This document shows positions 46,091-55,034 of a DNA stretch of 64,000 bases, in pieces. The stretch's first letter is position 1, and each line of letters starts with the position of its first letter. The position numbers and the translations under genes are program-made. Under the pieces are notes generated by a model, which worked only from the letters and a program-made list of their open reading frames with translations, was not told where the DNA came from and searched no databases. This DNA is from an uncultured Gemmatimonadaceae bacterium (GTDB lineage Bacteria > Gemmatimonadota > Gemmatimonadetes > Gemmatimonadales > Gemmatimonadaceae), in NCBI GenBank assembly GCA_963790305.1, contig CAWBOC010000002.1, positions 160,001 through 224,000 of the forward strand, written 5' to 3'.

Positions 46091-47590
46091 ATGATCGAGC
46101 ATGCAGTGGTGATCGCCGGCGGAGGTCCGACAGGGCTGATGCTGGCAGGCGAGCTGGCGTTGGCGCGGGTCGACGTCGCGATTGTCGAGCGGCGCCCAAG
46201 CCAGCACCTCGCCGGCTCGCGCGCGGGCGGCCTGCACTCACGCACCATCGAGGTCCTCGATCAACGCGGCATCGCGGATCGGTTCCTCTCGGAGGGACAG
46301 GTGGCTCAGGTTGCGGGGTTCGCCAGCGTCCGTTTGGACATCAGCGACTTCCCCACCCGACACAATTACGGGCTCGGGCTGTGGCAGAACCACATCGAGC
46401 GCATCCTGGCCGGCTGGGTCGGCGAGCTGGCGGTGCCGATCTATTACGCCAGTGAAGTCACAGGCTTCACGCAGGACGACACCGGCGTCAATGTCCAGCG
46501 GTCCGACGGCCGGTCGCTACGAGCGCAGTATCTCGTCGGGTGCGACGGAGGACGCAGTCTGATCCGGAAGGCAGCCGGCATCGACTTCCCGGGGTGGGAT
46601 CCGACGACCAGCAGCCTGATCGCCCAGGTCGAGATGACGGAGGAGCCGGAATTGGGCATCCGCCGCACTCCCTCGGGCATGCACGCCCTCGGCAAGGTCG
46701 AGTACGAGATCAAAGACGGCCAGGTGGTCTACAAGCCAGGGGGGACGGTTGGCGTCATGCTGACCGAGTCGCACGTCGGACGCACGAGCGAGCCCACCCT
46801 GCGCGATCTCAGCGAGGGTCTCATCGCGGTTTACGGCACTGATTACGGGATCCACAGTCCCACCTTCATCTCCCGGTTCACCGACATGACTCGTCAGGCA
46901 GCGACCTACCGCCAGGGACGGGTGCTGCTGGCCGGCGACGCGGCGCACGTGCATTCCCCGGTCGGTGGACAGGGCCTCAACACGGGCGTGCAGGATGCGG
47001 TGAACCTGGGATGGAAGCTGGCGCAGGTCGTCAAAGGAATATCGCCCGAACGCCTCCTGGATACCTACCACGCCGAGCGCCATCCGATCGCTGCACGCGT
47101 GCTGCGCAACACGATGGCGCAAGTCGCGCTCATGCGCGTCGACGATCGCGTCGAGGCGTTGCGCGACACCGTGTCCGAGCTGCTGAGCATGGACGAGCCG
47201 CGTAAGCGATTCGCCGCGATGATGTCCGGTCTGGACATTCGGTACGAGCTCGGCGAGGGACACCCGCTGCTGGGCCGACGCATGCCCGACCTCGACCTCG
47301 GCACGCCTAACGGGCCGCGGCGGGTCTTCACCCTGCTGCACGATGCCCGACCGGTGCTGCTCAACCTCGGTGCGCCAGGCGTCTTCGACATCACTCCGTG
47401 GCGTGATCGCGTTCAAATGGTCGACGCGAAATACGATGGGCCGTGGGAGCTTCCGGCCCTCGGGGCGGTCACGCCTCCCACCGCCGTGTTGGTTCGACCC
47501 GACGGATACGTGGCCTGGGTGGGAGACCTGGCCCAGGTGGGGCTCGTCGACGCGCTCACCACCTGGTTCGGACCGCCTGCTGCGCCGTAG
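46091..47590 (+). CDS. Class A FAD-dependent monooxygenase, rifampin monooxygenase (Rox)-like
   Basis: GGGPTG, EVLDQRG, GCDGGRS, GTDYGIHSP, GDAAHVH..GGQGLN, LVRPDGYVAW, WFG. Confidence 0.88.
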   Translation: MIEHAVVIAGGGPTGLMLAGELALARVDVAIVERRPSQHLAGSRAGGLHSRTIEVLDQRGIADRFLSEGQVAQVAGFASVRLDISDFPTRHNYGLGLWQNHIERILAGWVGELAVPIYYASEVTGFTQDDTGVNVQRSDGRSLRAQYLVGCDGGRSLIRKAAGIDFPGWDPTTSSLIAQVEMTEEPELGIRRTPSGMHALGKVEYEIKDGQVVYKPGGTVGVMLTESHVGRTSEPTLRDLSEGLIAVYGTDYGIHSPTFISRFTDMTRQAATYRQGRVLLAGDAAHVHSPVGGQGLNTGVQDAVNLGWKLAQVVKGISPERLLDTYHAERHPIAARVLRNTMAQVALMRVDDRVEALRDTVSELLSMDEPRKRFAAMMSGLDIRYELGEGHPLLGRRMPDLDLGTPNGPRRVFTLLHDARPVLLNLGAPGVFDITPWRDRVQMVDAKYDGPWELPALGAVTPPTAVLVRPDGYVAWVGDLAQVGLVDALTTWFGPPAAP

Positions 47591-47599
47591 CGGGCCGAG

Positions 47600-48067
47600 C
47601 TACCGCGGCCGAAGCTCCCAGAGCACGTTGACGATGACCCACCGGTCGTTCCACCGGGCGACGTGCAGGTAATCGACCCAGCTGTCGGCGTCGACCCGCA
47701 CGCTGGCCGTGTTGCCGAAGATGTCGAGGATGCGAACGTCCTTGCGTTGCTCGGCGACCGGCGTGTCCTTCCCACCGCCGCCACGCGTATTGACGACGAG
47801 CGTCATCGCGCTCTGGTGCCCGAGCACGCGGCGTCCGCGCTGGTCGGTATTCATGATTCGCTTCGCCAGATCCGGGTGAACCGCGCGCTCCATGCGCTCG
47901 GCGTTCCCGGTGTACCAGCCCTCGATGTAATCGAGCGCAGGGGCTCGGATCGCCGCGCTGTCGGCCGCGGACTGTGCGGGCACCATGGTGGGGAGTGCGA
48001 GCGTTGCGATCCAGGCGATCGTGATCGAGATGCGCCTGCTGCGTGGGATGGCGTTGCTTGCTGGCAT
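47600..48067 (-). CDS. Secreted NTF2-like (lumazine-binding-like) protein
   Basis: Signal peptide; LDYIEGWYTGNAERMERAVHPDLAKR; WVIVNVLWE. Confidence 0.85.
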   Translation of the reverse strand: MPASNAIPRSRRISITIAWIATLALPTMVPAQSAADSAAIRAPALDYIEGWYTGNAERMERAVHPDLAKRIMNTDQRGRRVLGHQSAMTLVVNTRGGGGKDTPVAEQRKDVRILDIFGNTASVRVDADSWVDYLHVARWNDRWVIVNVLWELRPR

Positions 48068-48104
48068 GTTGGCGCCCGAAGTGATGGGTTGGTGTGAGGT
48101 GTGG

Positions 48105-48797
48105 CTATCGAAGCCAAAGGTATCGGCGCGCGTTGCTCGGAGGCAGCGGCGGGACCGGGGGGACGGGAGCAGTCGCGGGGCTCAATTCCCAGAGGGGTCG
48201 GTCAGCATCGGATGGGTCTCCTCTCTCGATCACGCCCCCGTGCTCGATCGATTGCGTGACGCGCGCATCGCCCCAATACGTGATGTTCCCACCCTCCACG
48301 ACGCTGGCGACCAACGCGGTGAACGGCCTCACGAAAATCCTGCCGCCACTCAGCACCGAGGCGGTGACGCTCCCTACCGACATCGACCGGATGTCGACAC
48401 CGCCGCCATTGTCGACGTCGACGCGAATCTCCGCCTGACGCGGGAAGCCGCCCCGGCTCTGGATCATTCCTCCTTGAGCGACGGAGACGCGCGCGACCTC
48501 CGGAGTGAGAATCTCGATCTCAATGTCGTACCCTCGGCCGCACTTGCTCTTGCATTTGTCGATCACCAGCTCGCCTCCCGACGCGACGGTGACCTGCGTG
48601 TGCTCGGGGCTGCCTCTGAGGAAGGTCACGCGCTGGGTCGACCCATACCGAAGGAACACCTTGCCGCCGTGCCGCAGCTCGACGGAGCGGAACGGCGCAA
48701 CTGCCACCGACATGGGTTCCGACTGGGCCGCCGCCTGACCGGAGGGGATTCCGGAAAGCACCAGCACCCCGCAGACCCGCGCAACGATGGATGTCAT
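48105..48797 (-). CDS. GIN/DUF2807-like beta-helix exported protein
   Basis: AGGAG RBS, signal peptide, PFRSVEL, repeated V.xGG motifs, ITYWGD. Confidence 0.7.
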   Translation of the reverse strand: MTSIVARVCGVLVLSGIPSGQAAAQSEPMSVAVAPFRSVELRHGGKVFLRYGSTQRVTFLRGSPEHTQVTVASGGELVIDKCKSKCGRGYDIEIEILTPEVARVSVAQGGMIQSRGGFPRQAEIRVDVDNGGGVDIRSMSVGSVTASVLSGGRIFVRPFTALVASVVEGGNITYWGDARVTQSIEHGGVIERGDPSDADRPLWELSPATAPVPPVPPLPPSNARRYLWLR

Positions 48798-48822
48798 GAT
48801 CTTCTCCTGTGGTCGCCGCTCG

Positions 48823-48875
48823 CGATACCTTGTCATTCGACAATACGGCGGCTGTTGTCGAACGTCAAGGTATCG
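48823..48875 (-). promoter_or_regulatory. Sigma70-type promoter TTGACG-N17-TATTGT overlapped by a 21-bp inverted repeat
   Basis: -35 at 48863-48868 and -10 at 48840-48845 on minus strand; arms 48823-48843 and 48855-48875 match 19/21. Confidence 0.65.
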
Positions 48876-48896
48876 GCCACAACGAGTACTACGCGC

Positions 48897-49295
48897 TTAC
48901 CGGCGGTCGAATTCCCACACGTTGTCCTGGTCGCGTCCGGCTCCGCGAATCCGCTCCGTAGCCCGTAGTCGGCGCCCCCCGTCGGTGAGCTGGTAGCGCC
49001 ACGTCATGACCACGGCGGCCTCCGGCGAACCCATCCGGTTCTCGGTGACGAGCGCCTCTTGCTCCCAGTAGCAGCGGGAACTGTCGTGCGCGCTCACCAC
49101 GCTCTCATGGCCATCCGTGAGGCGCTCGAAGCTGAACTCGACCGCGTCAGCGGCGCTGGCGAACCTTGCCGAGCAGCGAAATCGCGGCTCATCGTGCTCG
49201 ATGCGGAGCACGGCGGTCTCGATCGCCGCAGCGCTGGCGCTGAGCGCGCTCGCTTGTCGGTTCAGGACGTAGTCGCCCGAATAGTTGGGCTTCAC
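48897..49295 (-). CDS. Hypothetical protein (lipocalin-like beta barrel)
   Basis: GGAGG RBS; PNYSGDYVLN..S N-terminal motif. Confidence 0.65.
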   Translation of the reverse strand: MKPNYSGDYVLNRQASALSASAAAIETAVLRIEHDEPRFRCSARFASAADAVEFSFERLTDGHESVVSAHDSSRCYWEQEALVTENRMGSPEAAVVMTWRYQLTDGGRRLRATERIRGAGRDQDNVWEFDRR

Positions 49296-49431
49296 GGTGT
49301 CCCTCCGAGTTACAAGGGTGTAGCTGACGTCACCTGGGTGTCAGCAGATTATTCCCTGTGTGATGACTTGCCCTAGGAGAGTGCCCCTGGATTTCCCGCT
49401 CTTCACCTTTGGAAACGACTAAGAGGAGCCC

Positions 49432-49818
49432 GTGAGAAACGCGATCGTGACGGAGAAAGCCCCAAAGCCGGTTGGTCCGTATTCGCAGGCCGTCGTCGAG
49501 GGAGATTTCATTTTCGTTGCCGGGCAGGGATGCATCAATCCAAAGACCGGGATGCTGGAGCTTGGTGACGTGCGGTCGGAGACGAAGCGGACCTTTGAGA
49601 ATTTGCAGGCGATTCTCCAGGCTGCAGGCTCCTCACTCGATCACGTCGTGAAGTGCAACGTGTATCTTCGCGACATCAACGATTTCGCCGCGATGAACGA
49701 AGTGTACGCGACGTTCTTCTCGGCGCCGTTTCCGGCGCGCACCACGATCCAGGCTGGCGCGCTTCCGGGTGGGATCGCCGTGGAGATCGAGTGCATTGCG
49801 AAGAAGGGCGCTCGATAG
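49432..49818 (+). CDS. RidA/YjgF/UK114 family imine deaminase
   Basis: APKPVGPYSQA, NEVY..FF..FPART, VEIECIA; GAGGAG RBS. Confidence 0.95.
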   Translation: MRNAIVTEKAPKPVGPYSQAVVEGDFIFVAGQGCINPKTGMLELGDVRSETKRTFENLQAILQAAGSSLDHVVKCNVYLRDINDFAAMNEVYATFFSAPFPARTTIQAGALPGGIAVEIECIAKKGAR

Positions 49819-49886
49819 GCGGGCCCGGCCGCGTTACGCCACGGCGATGAACTCGCGTCGCATCAACAGTGACATGGCGGGCTTGG

Positions 49887-50759
49887 CTACGGGAGGCGGC
49901 GGACCGAGACCGGGTCCTTCCGCTTCACGCCGAACCTCGAGGCGAAATTGCCCTGGTTGACGGAGAACGAGAGCACGCCTCGTGAGTGCATCACGGCAAG
50001 GGCCTGACCACGCGGCACGTCGCTGAACGTGCTGCGCCAGGGCAGCCGCACGGCGCGAGAGCCGACGCGCACTTCCAGCGAGTCTCCGAGGTGTGCCTGG
50101 AGCGAATCGAGCAATGCCGGTCGAATGTCGGTCACCACGTTGCCGTACGGGTCCTCGACGTACCGGACCGTCCCCTCAATGCGCCCTCCGCCGAGCCGCG
50201 CGGGCCGCACGTCGAGCATCACCGGCGTGATCGGAGGCCCGAGGGAATCGAGCGGTGTGCCGGCGGCGAGGTGCGCCGCGACCGGCGCGAAGATGTCTCG
50301 GCCATGGAAGGTGAACGACGTCTGCTCGGCACGGAAATACCGCGTGTCGCGCAGCTCGACGGCCCGCTCGACTCCTTCCGTCTGCATAACGAGCGTGAAC
50401 AGGCCGTTATCGGGGCCAACGAGCAGGTGCCCGCGCCTGGTCAGGACCGCGATGGGCTTGCGCTCGCTGCCGACGCCCGGGTCGACGACCGCGACGGCCA
50501 CCGTGCCCGGCGGGTAGAAGGGGAGCGCCTGCTCGAGCACTTCGCCCGCGATCTCGATGTCGTAGGGCGGAACGTCGTGCGTGAGGTCGACCACCGGAGC
50601 GCCGGGAGCGATGCTCAGCATCACCCCTTTGCACGCCGCTACGGCGCCGTCTCTGATCCCGAAATCACTGAGGAAGAGAATGGAGGCCGATGCGCGGCGC
50701 GCACTGTCGGCTGAACACCCTGTCGCGGCGACGATCGCGAGGATCGCCACCGCGCGCAT
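49887..50759 (-). CDS. SAM hydroxide adenosyltransferase / chlorinase-fluorinase superfamily (DUF62) protein
   Basis: SDFG, DLTH, VVDPGVGSER, GPDNG, TFHGRDIFAP, D.YGN. Confidence 0.92.
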   Translation of the reverse strand: MRAVAILAIVAATGCSADSARRASASILFLSDFGIRDGAVAACKGVMLSIAPGAPVVDLTHDVPPYDIEIAGEVLEQALPFYPPGTVAVAVVDPGVGSERKPIAVLTRRGHLLVGPDNGLFTLVMQTEGVERAVELRDTRYFRAEQTSFTFHGRDIFAPVAAHLAAGTPLDSLGPPITPVMLDVRPARLGGGRIEGTVRYVEDPYGNVVTDIRPALLDSLQAHLGDSLEVRVGSRAVRLPWRSTFSDVPRGQALAVMHSRGVLSFSVNQGNFASRFGVKRKDPVSVRRLP

Positions 50760-50767
50760 CCTTCCGC

Positions 50768-51163
50768 TCAAGGCGTGCCCGCGCGCATCTCCTCGAGCGC
50801 GAGCTGCATGTACATGAACGCGGCTGCCTCGTCGGTCATCGGCTGCTGGCGAAATGAATCGAGCCATGCCGTGATTCGAGTATCGGCGGGAGCGATCGCG
50901 CGCTCCAGCTCGGCGCGTTCGGCCGGGGTCGCGCGATCTACGGCCGCGTTCCGGTCGACATCATCGCCAATGCCCCAGCGCTCGGCGAGCGGCACCAAAT
51001 GCCGGAGATCCTCGGGGACGTTGTTGACGTTGAGCTCGGCCGTCGTCGCTCCACCTGGAGAGCTCTGTGAGGACGTGTCATCCGCGGCCGTTCCACAGGC
51101 GACCACAGCCGCGAGAAGAAACGTTAGGCGGAGGGCGGAGCGAGCGAAGCTGGGGAGCGTCAT
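50768..51163 (-). CDS. Hypothetical lipoprotein
   Basis: GGAGG RBS, VVAC lipobox, VPEDLRHLVPLAERWGIGDD. Confidence 0.7.
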   Translation of the reverse strand: MTLPSFARSALRLTFLLAAVVACGTAADDTSSQSSPGGATTAELNVNNVPEDLRHLVPLAERWGIGDDVDRNAAVDRATPAERAELERAIAPADTRITAWLDSFRQQPMTDEAAAFMYMQLALEEMRAGTP

Positions 51164-51171
51164 CCTGCCTC

Positions 51172-52566
51172 CTAGGAGCCGGGCTCGGGTGGACCGCGCG
51201 GACGCGGAGGCGGCCAGTGCGGCATCGCCAGCTCGGTCGTCCACCGCGTCCAATCGGCCGCGAGCTCCCTGACCTTGTCCGGGTACCTGCCCGCAAGGTC
51301 CGTGGCCTCAGCAATGTCGTCCTTCAGATTGAAGAGGGCCGCTCCGGTCAGGTCAGTCACGACGGCGGAATCGGTCTGTGCGCTGCGCGCACCGACCTTC
51401 ACCAGCTTCCAGTCTCCTTTGCGAATCGCCATCGACCCACCGTAGCGCCAGTAGAGTGCATCGTGGGGCGATCCGGCACGGTCGCCGGTGAGGAAGGGAA
51501 GAAGGTTTACGCCATCCAGCCGTCGCTCCGGCAATGGTTTCACGCCGGCTGCCGCCAGCGCCGTCGGCAACACATCGATCTGCATGACCGGCCGAGCGTC
51601 CGTTGTCCCCTCGTTCAAACGACCCTTCCATCGAACGATGAACGGAACGCGGATCCCGCCCTCCAACGTCTCCCCTTTCGAGCCCCTGAGGGGTGTGTTG
51701 CGCGAGCCGTTGATGCCTCCCGCGGTCGTCGGGCCGCCGTTGTCACTGAAGAAAAAGATCATCGTGTGATCGTCGAGCTGCTCCTTCTGAAGCGCGCCAA
51801 GTGTGCGACCGATGCCCTCGTCCATGGCTGACAGCATTGCGGCGTACGTGCGCCGCTGCGGGTCGGTGATCCCGGCGAAGCGCGCGACGTACTTCTCCGT
51901 GACCTCGAGCGGCACGTGCACGGCATTGAATGCCAGGTAAAGCAGGAAGGGTTGTGCGCGGTTCCGATGAATGAACTCCACGGCGCGGGTGGCGAGCTCG
52001 TCCGTCAGATACTGCATCTCCGACGCGCGCGCGCGTCCATCGTACACCGGGTTGGGACCCGCCGCCTGCGGACTCATGTATGAATGCGCGCCGGCGAGAA
52101 AGCCAAAGAACTCGTCGAATCCTCTCTCCATGGGGTGGAGCCGCGGGGCGAACCCGAGATGCCACTTCCCGAACAGCGCGGTGCGATATCCCGCGCCCTT
52201 GAGATAGTCCGCGATCGTGCGCTCCTCGAGACTCAAGCCCAGGTCACTGCCGATCGCGCTGAGGCCGACGTTGAATTCGTGGCCGAAGCGCTGCTGGTAT
52301 CGCCCGGTCATGAGCCCCGCGCGGGTTGGACTGCACACCGGTGCGCTTACGTACGCATCGGTGAAGCGGACCCCGCCTCGTGCGAGCGCGTCAATGTTGG
52401 GGGTCGGGATGTCGATTCCGCCGTAGGCACCGACGTCACCGTACCCCATGTCGTCCGCGACGATAATGACGATGTTCGGCGGCCGGCGCTGGGCGCGCGC
52501 GTCCGCGCAGAGCGTCATCATCCCCACGGCCGCCACGGCCGCCAGCGCAAGTCCAGGGATTCTCAT
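51172..52566 (-). CDS. Cys-type sulfatase (arylsulfatase A-like)
   Basis: PNIVIIVADDMG, CSPTRAGLMTG, GKWHLG, SDNGG, EGGIRVP. Confidence 0.95.
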   Translation of the reverse strand: MRIPGLALAAVAAVGMMTLCADARAQRRPPNIVIIVADDMGYGDVGAYGGIDIPTPNIDALARGGVRFTDAYVSAPVCSPTRAGLMTGRYQQRFGHEFNVGLSAIGSDLGLSLEERTIADYLKGAGYRTALFGKWHLGFAPRLHPMERGFDEFFGFLAGAHSYMSPQAAGPNPVYDGRARASEMQYLTDELATRAVEFIHRNRAQPFLLYLAFNAVHVPLEVTEKYVARFAGITDPQRRTYAAMLSAMDEGIGRTLGALQKEQLDDHTMIFFFSDNGGPTTAGGINGSRNTPLRGSKGETLEGGIRVPFIVRWKGRLNEGTTDARPVMQIDVLPTALAAAGVKPLPERRLDGVNLLPFLTGDRAGSPHDALYWRYGGSMAIRKGDWKLVKVGARSAQTDSAVVTDLTGAALFNLKDDIAEATDLAGRYPDKVRELAADWTRWTTELAMPHWPPPRPRGPPEPGS

Positions 52567-52604
52567 GACATGCCGTCCTGCCGAAGCTGCGCGAGAGCGC
52601 CTCG

Positions 52605-53261
52605 TTAGGGACCAGCCCGCTCGCGCGCGGTCGGGAAGGGAGCCGCGGGGTAGGGGCCAATTTTCTCCACCGTGTACTCGCTCGCCCAGAAGTCTGGCGG
52701 CCCTTCGCTGTCGGCCACGCGGTTGCTCACCGGTTTCACGCCGCGTTTGAGATATGCGGCGATGTCACGCAGCTCCTGGTCGGACATGTGCCGAAACGCC
52801 GGCCACGGCATGGGGATGGCGAGGTACTTTGGATGCGCCGGGAAGTTGCCCTGACCTGGCGTCGTCGACGTGATCGTGACGTCCGGCGTCTCACCAGGGC
52901 GCAAGCCGTAGCGCAGTGCGTTGAAGATCTGGCGCTCACTGAACCGCCCGAGACCCGTCATGTTGTCGGGTGTCAGATTGCGCGGCCGTGTCTTGAATGG
53001 CCCGATCTTGAACTCCTGCGCGGTGTCTCGCACTCCGACAAGCCAGCCATCCGTATTCGGATTCGAGAAGCCGCCATGGCAATCTCCGCACGCGTGGCCG
53101 ATCACCAGGGCCCGGCCACGGAGGACCTGCTCGTCGGCCGCCAGGGTTGCTGACGCATCGTCGGCTCCAAAGCTCGCGAATACAGAGCCAACGAGGGCGG
53201 CGACGACGACGAGACCCAGCAATAGCGGTGCTGACCTGCTCAGTGAGCGTAGCGATCCCAC
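52605..53261 (-). CDS. Exported monoheme cytochrome c
   Basis: CGDCH, NLTPD..TGLG, MPW; AAGGAGG RBS. Confidence 0.85.
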   Translation of the reverse strand: MGSLRSLSRSAPLLLGLVVVAALVGSVFASFGADDASATLAADEQVLRGRALVIGHACGDCHGGFSNPNTDGWLVGVRDTAQEFKIGPFKTRPRNLTPDNMTGLGRFSERQIFNALRYGLRPGETPDVTITSTTPGQGNFPAHPKYLAIPMPWPAFRHMSDQELRDIAAYLKRGVKPVSNRVADSEGPPDFWASEYTVEKIGPYPAAPFPTARERAGP

Positions 53262-53298
53262 GGGATCCTCCTTGCGTCAGTGATGAGGCATCTCCCCT

Positions 53299-54705
53299 TC
53301 ATTTCGGGCGCTTCGTGCTCCTGGCGTCGGCGTTTCGCTCTTCGGTCACTTCGAGAATCCCCATCATGCCGTGATCCTCGTGGTCCAGGATGTGGCAGTG
53401 GAACATCCACTTGCCCGGGAAGTTCGCGTAGCGGACGATGAAGCGCGCCGAGCCGTGCTTGGGCACGTTCACCACATCCTTCCACGCACGGAACGGCTCG
53501 GGCGCGCCATTGCGATCGAGGACCTGGAACTGGAATCCGTGCAGGTGAAACGGATGGTCCATGCCGACGAGATTCTCGATCTCCCAGATCTCGGTGGCGC
53601 CCAGCTTTGCGGCCACGTCCACGCGACTGTGGTCCATCATCTGACCGTTGATCATCCCCTGCGTGAGCACCATGAGACGCGTAGCGCTCGACTGCGTGGT
53701 GTCCAGCGCCGGAACGGGACGTAGCACGTCCGGCAGCGGTGCGACGGTGATCGGTCGCCGTTTCGTGTACTGCACGGTGAGCAGCTCGCGCGTGCGATTC
53801 CACGTGTGCGGGCGCGTCTGCGGGATGTAGCGATCGTAGGGGAGCGCCTGGAGCGCAGTCCGCTCGCCCGGCGCTCCCATTCCCCTCACGAGGAGCTCCA
53901 CCCGCTCGGCGTTCGCGACCACGATCTCATCGACTTCCACCGCCCGCTCGAAGAGCCCGCCATCGCTGCCAACGTGCAGCAGCTTGTGGCCGGGAAGTGA
54001 AAGCCTGTACACGCGTGCGGCCGACGCGTTGATCACCCGCCACCGCTGCACCTCTCCCGCGCGAATGCTGATCGTCGGCATCACCTTGCCGTTCACGAAG
54101 ACAATGTCGCCCTCGCGCCCATTTTCGCGGTCGACGATTCCCGCTGGCGAGAGCGACGCGGGCAGATCGATCGAGTTGTCGGCCCCGAACCGGTTGTCGG
54201 AGATGACGATCAGCTTTTCGGGAATCCCCCGCAGCGGATCATCGGATGCCCGGACGATGACGGCACCGTAGAGTCCCTTCGCTATCTGATAGCCGGTCCG
54301 ATGGTGCGGGTGTGGATGATACCAGTACGTCCCTGCGGTTCCGGGCCGGATGGTGAAGACGTAGTCGTACGTCTCCCCGGGCGCGACTGGGTGGAACGGG
54401 CTGCCATCGGACGTGAACGGGAGGTGCAGCCCGTGCCAATGAATGGTGGTCGGTTCCGGGAGGGCGTTTCGGAAGTGCACCGTCACCCGGTCACCTTCCC
54501 GAAACTCCAGCGTGGGCCCGGGAAATTGCCCGTTGTAGGCAAAGATTTCCGTCGGCGCGCCCGGCACGAGCGACAGCCGGGTGGGCGCGGCGGTGAGCGT
54601 CACCTCGACCCGCCTCTGCGCCAGAGCGGGCCACGGACACATCGACGTCAGACCAACGAGCACCAACCCGCGGCAGAGCGTCGTCGCTCGGCGGTTGAGC
54701 GCCAT
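53299..54705 (-). CDS. Multicopper oxidase
   Basis: IHWHG, WYHPH, HPFHLHG, HCHILDHEDHGMM. Confidence 0.95.
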   Translation of the reverse strand: MALNRRATTLCRGLVLVGLTSMCPWPALAQRRVEVTLTAAPTRLSLVPGAPTEIFAYNGQFPGPTLEFREGDRVTVHFRNALPEPTTIHWHGLHLPFTSDGSPFHPVAPGETYDYVFTIRPGTAGTYWYHPHPHHRTGYQIAKGLYGAVIVRASDDPLRGIPEKLIVISDNRFGADNSIDLPASLSPAGIVDRENGREGDIVFVNGKVMPTISIRAGEVQRWRVINASAARVYRLSLPGHKLLHVGSDGGLFERAVEVDEIVVANAERVELLVRGMGAPGERTALQALPYDRYIPQTRPHTWNRTRELLTVQYTKRRPITVAPLPDVLRPVPALDTTQSSATRLMVLTQGMINGQMMDHSRVDVAAKLGATEIWEIENLVGMDHPFHLHGFQFQVLDRNGAPEPFRAWKDVVNVPKHGSARFIVRYANFPGKWMFHCHILDHEDHGMMGILEVTEERNADARSTKRPK

Positions 54706-55034
54706 GGTGGGAATCTCGGCGGGGAGCCGTCGGGCGAGCGGAATGCCCGTGCGACTCGTCAGGCAGCTTCAGCGAACGGAGGGCGCACCGTTGCGCCCGG
54801 CGCAAGAAAATGCGTGATCCGGTGGATTTCGGAAAGGCCCAACCTACCCGGAAGCGGCGCTCGCCCGCTCCCCGCGGGTCCCGGCCGACGGAGAGTTGCG
54901 GCCCACGCGCCAGCCCGTAGCTTAGCAGCACCGGCGCGCTCATCCGCGCAGGTCTCCCGGAAGGCCTCCCGACGGTGCGATTCCCCGTCAGTGGAGGCGT
55001 ACAGCAGCTCGCCCGTTCTCGCCACGAGGTGCTC

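Noticed and set aside
49296..49818. Lower-GC patch around the RidA gene as a mobile insert
   Set aside because: Impression by eye only; no terminal repeats or target-site duplication
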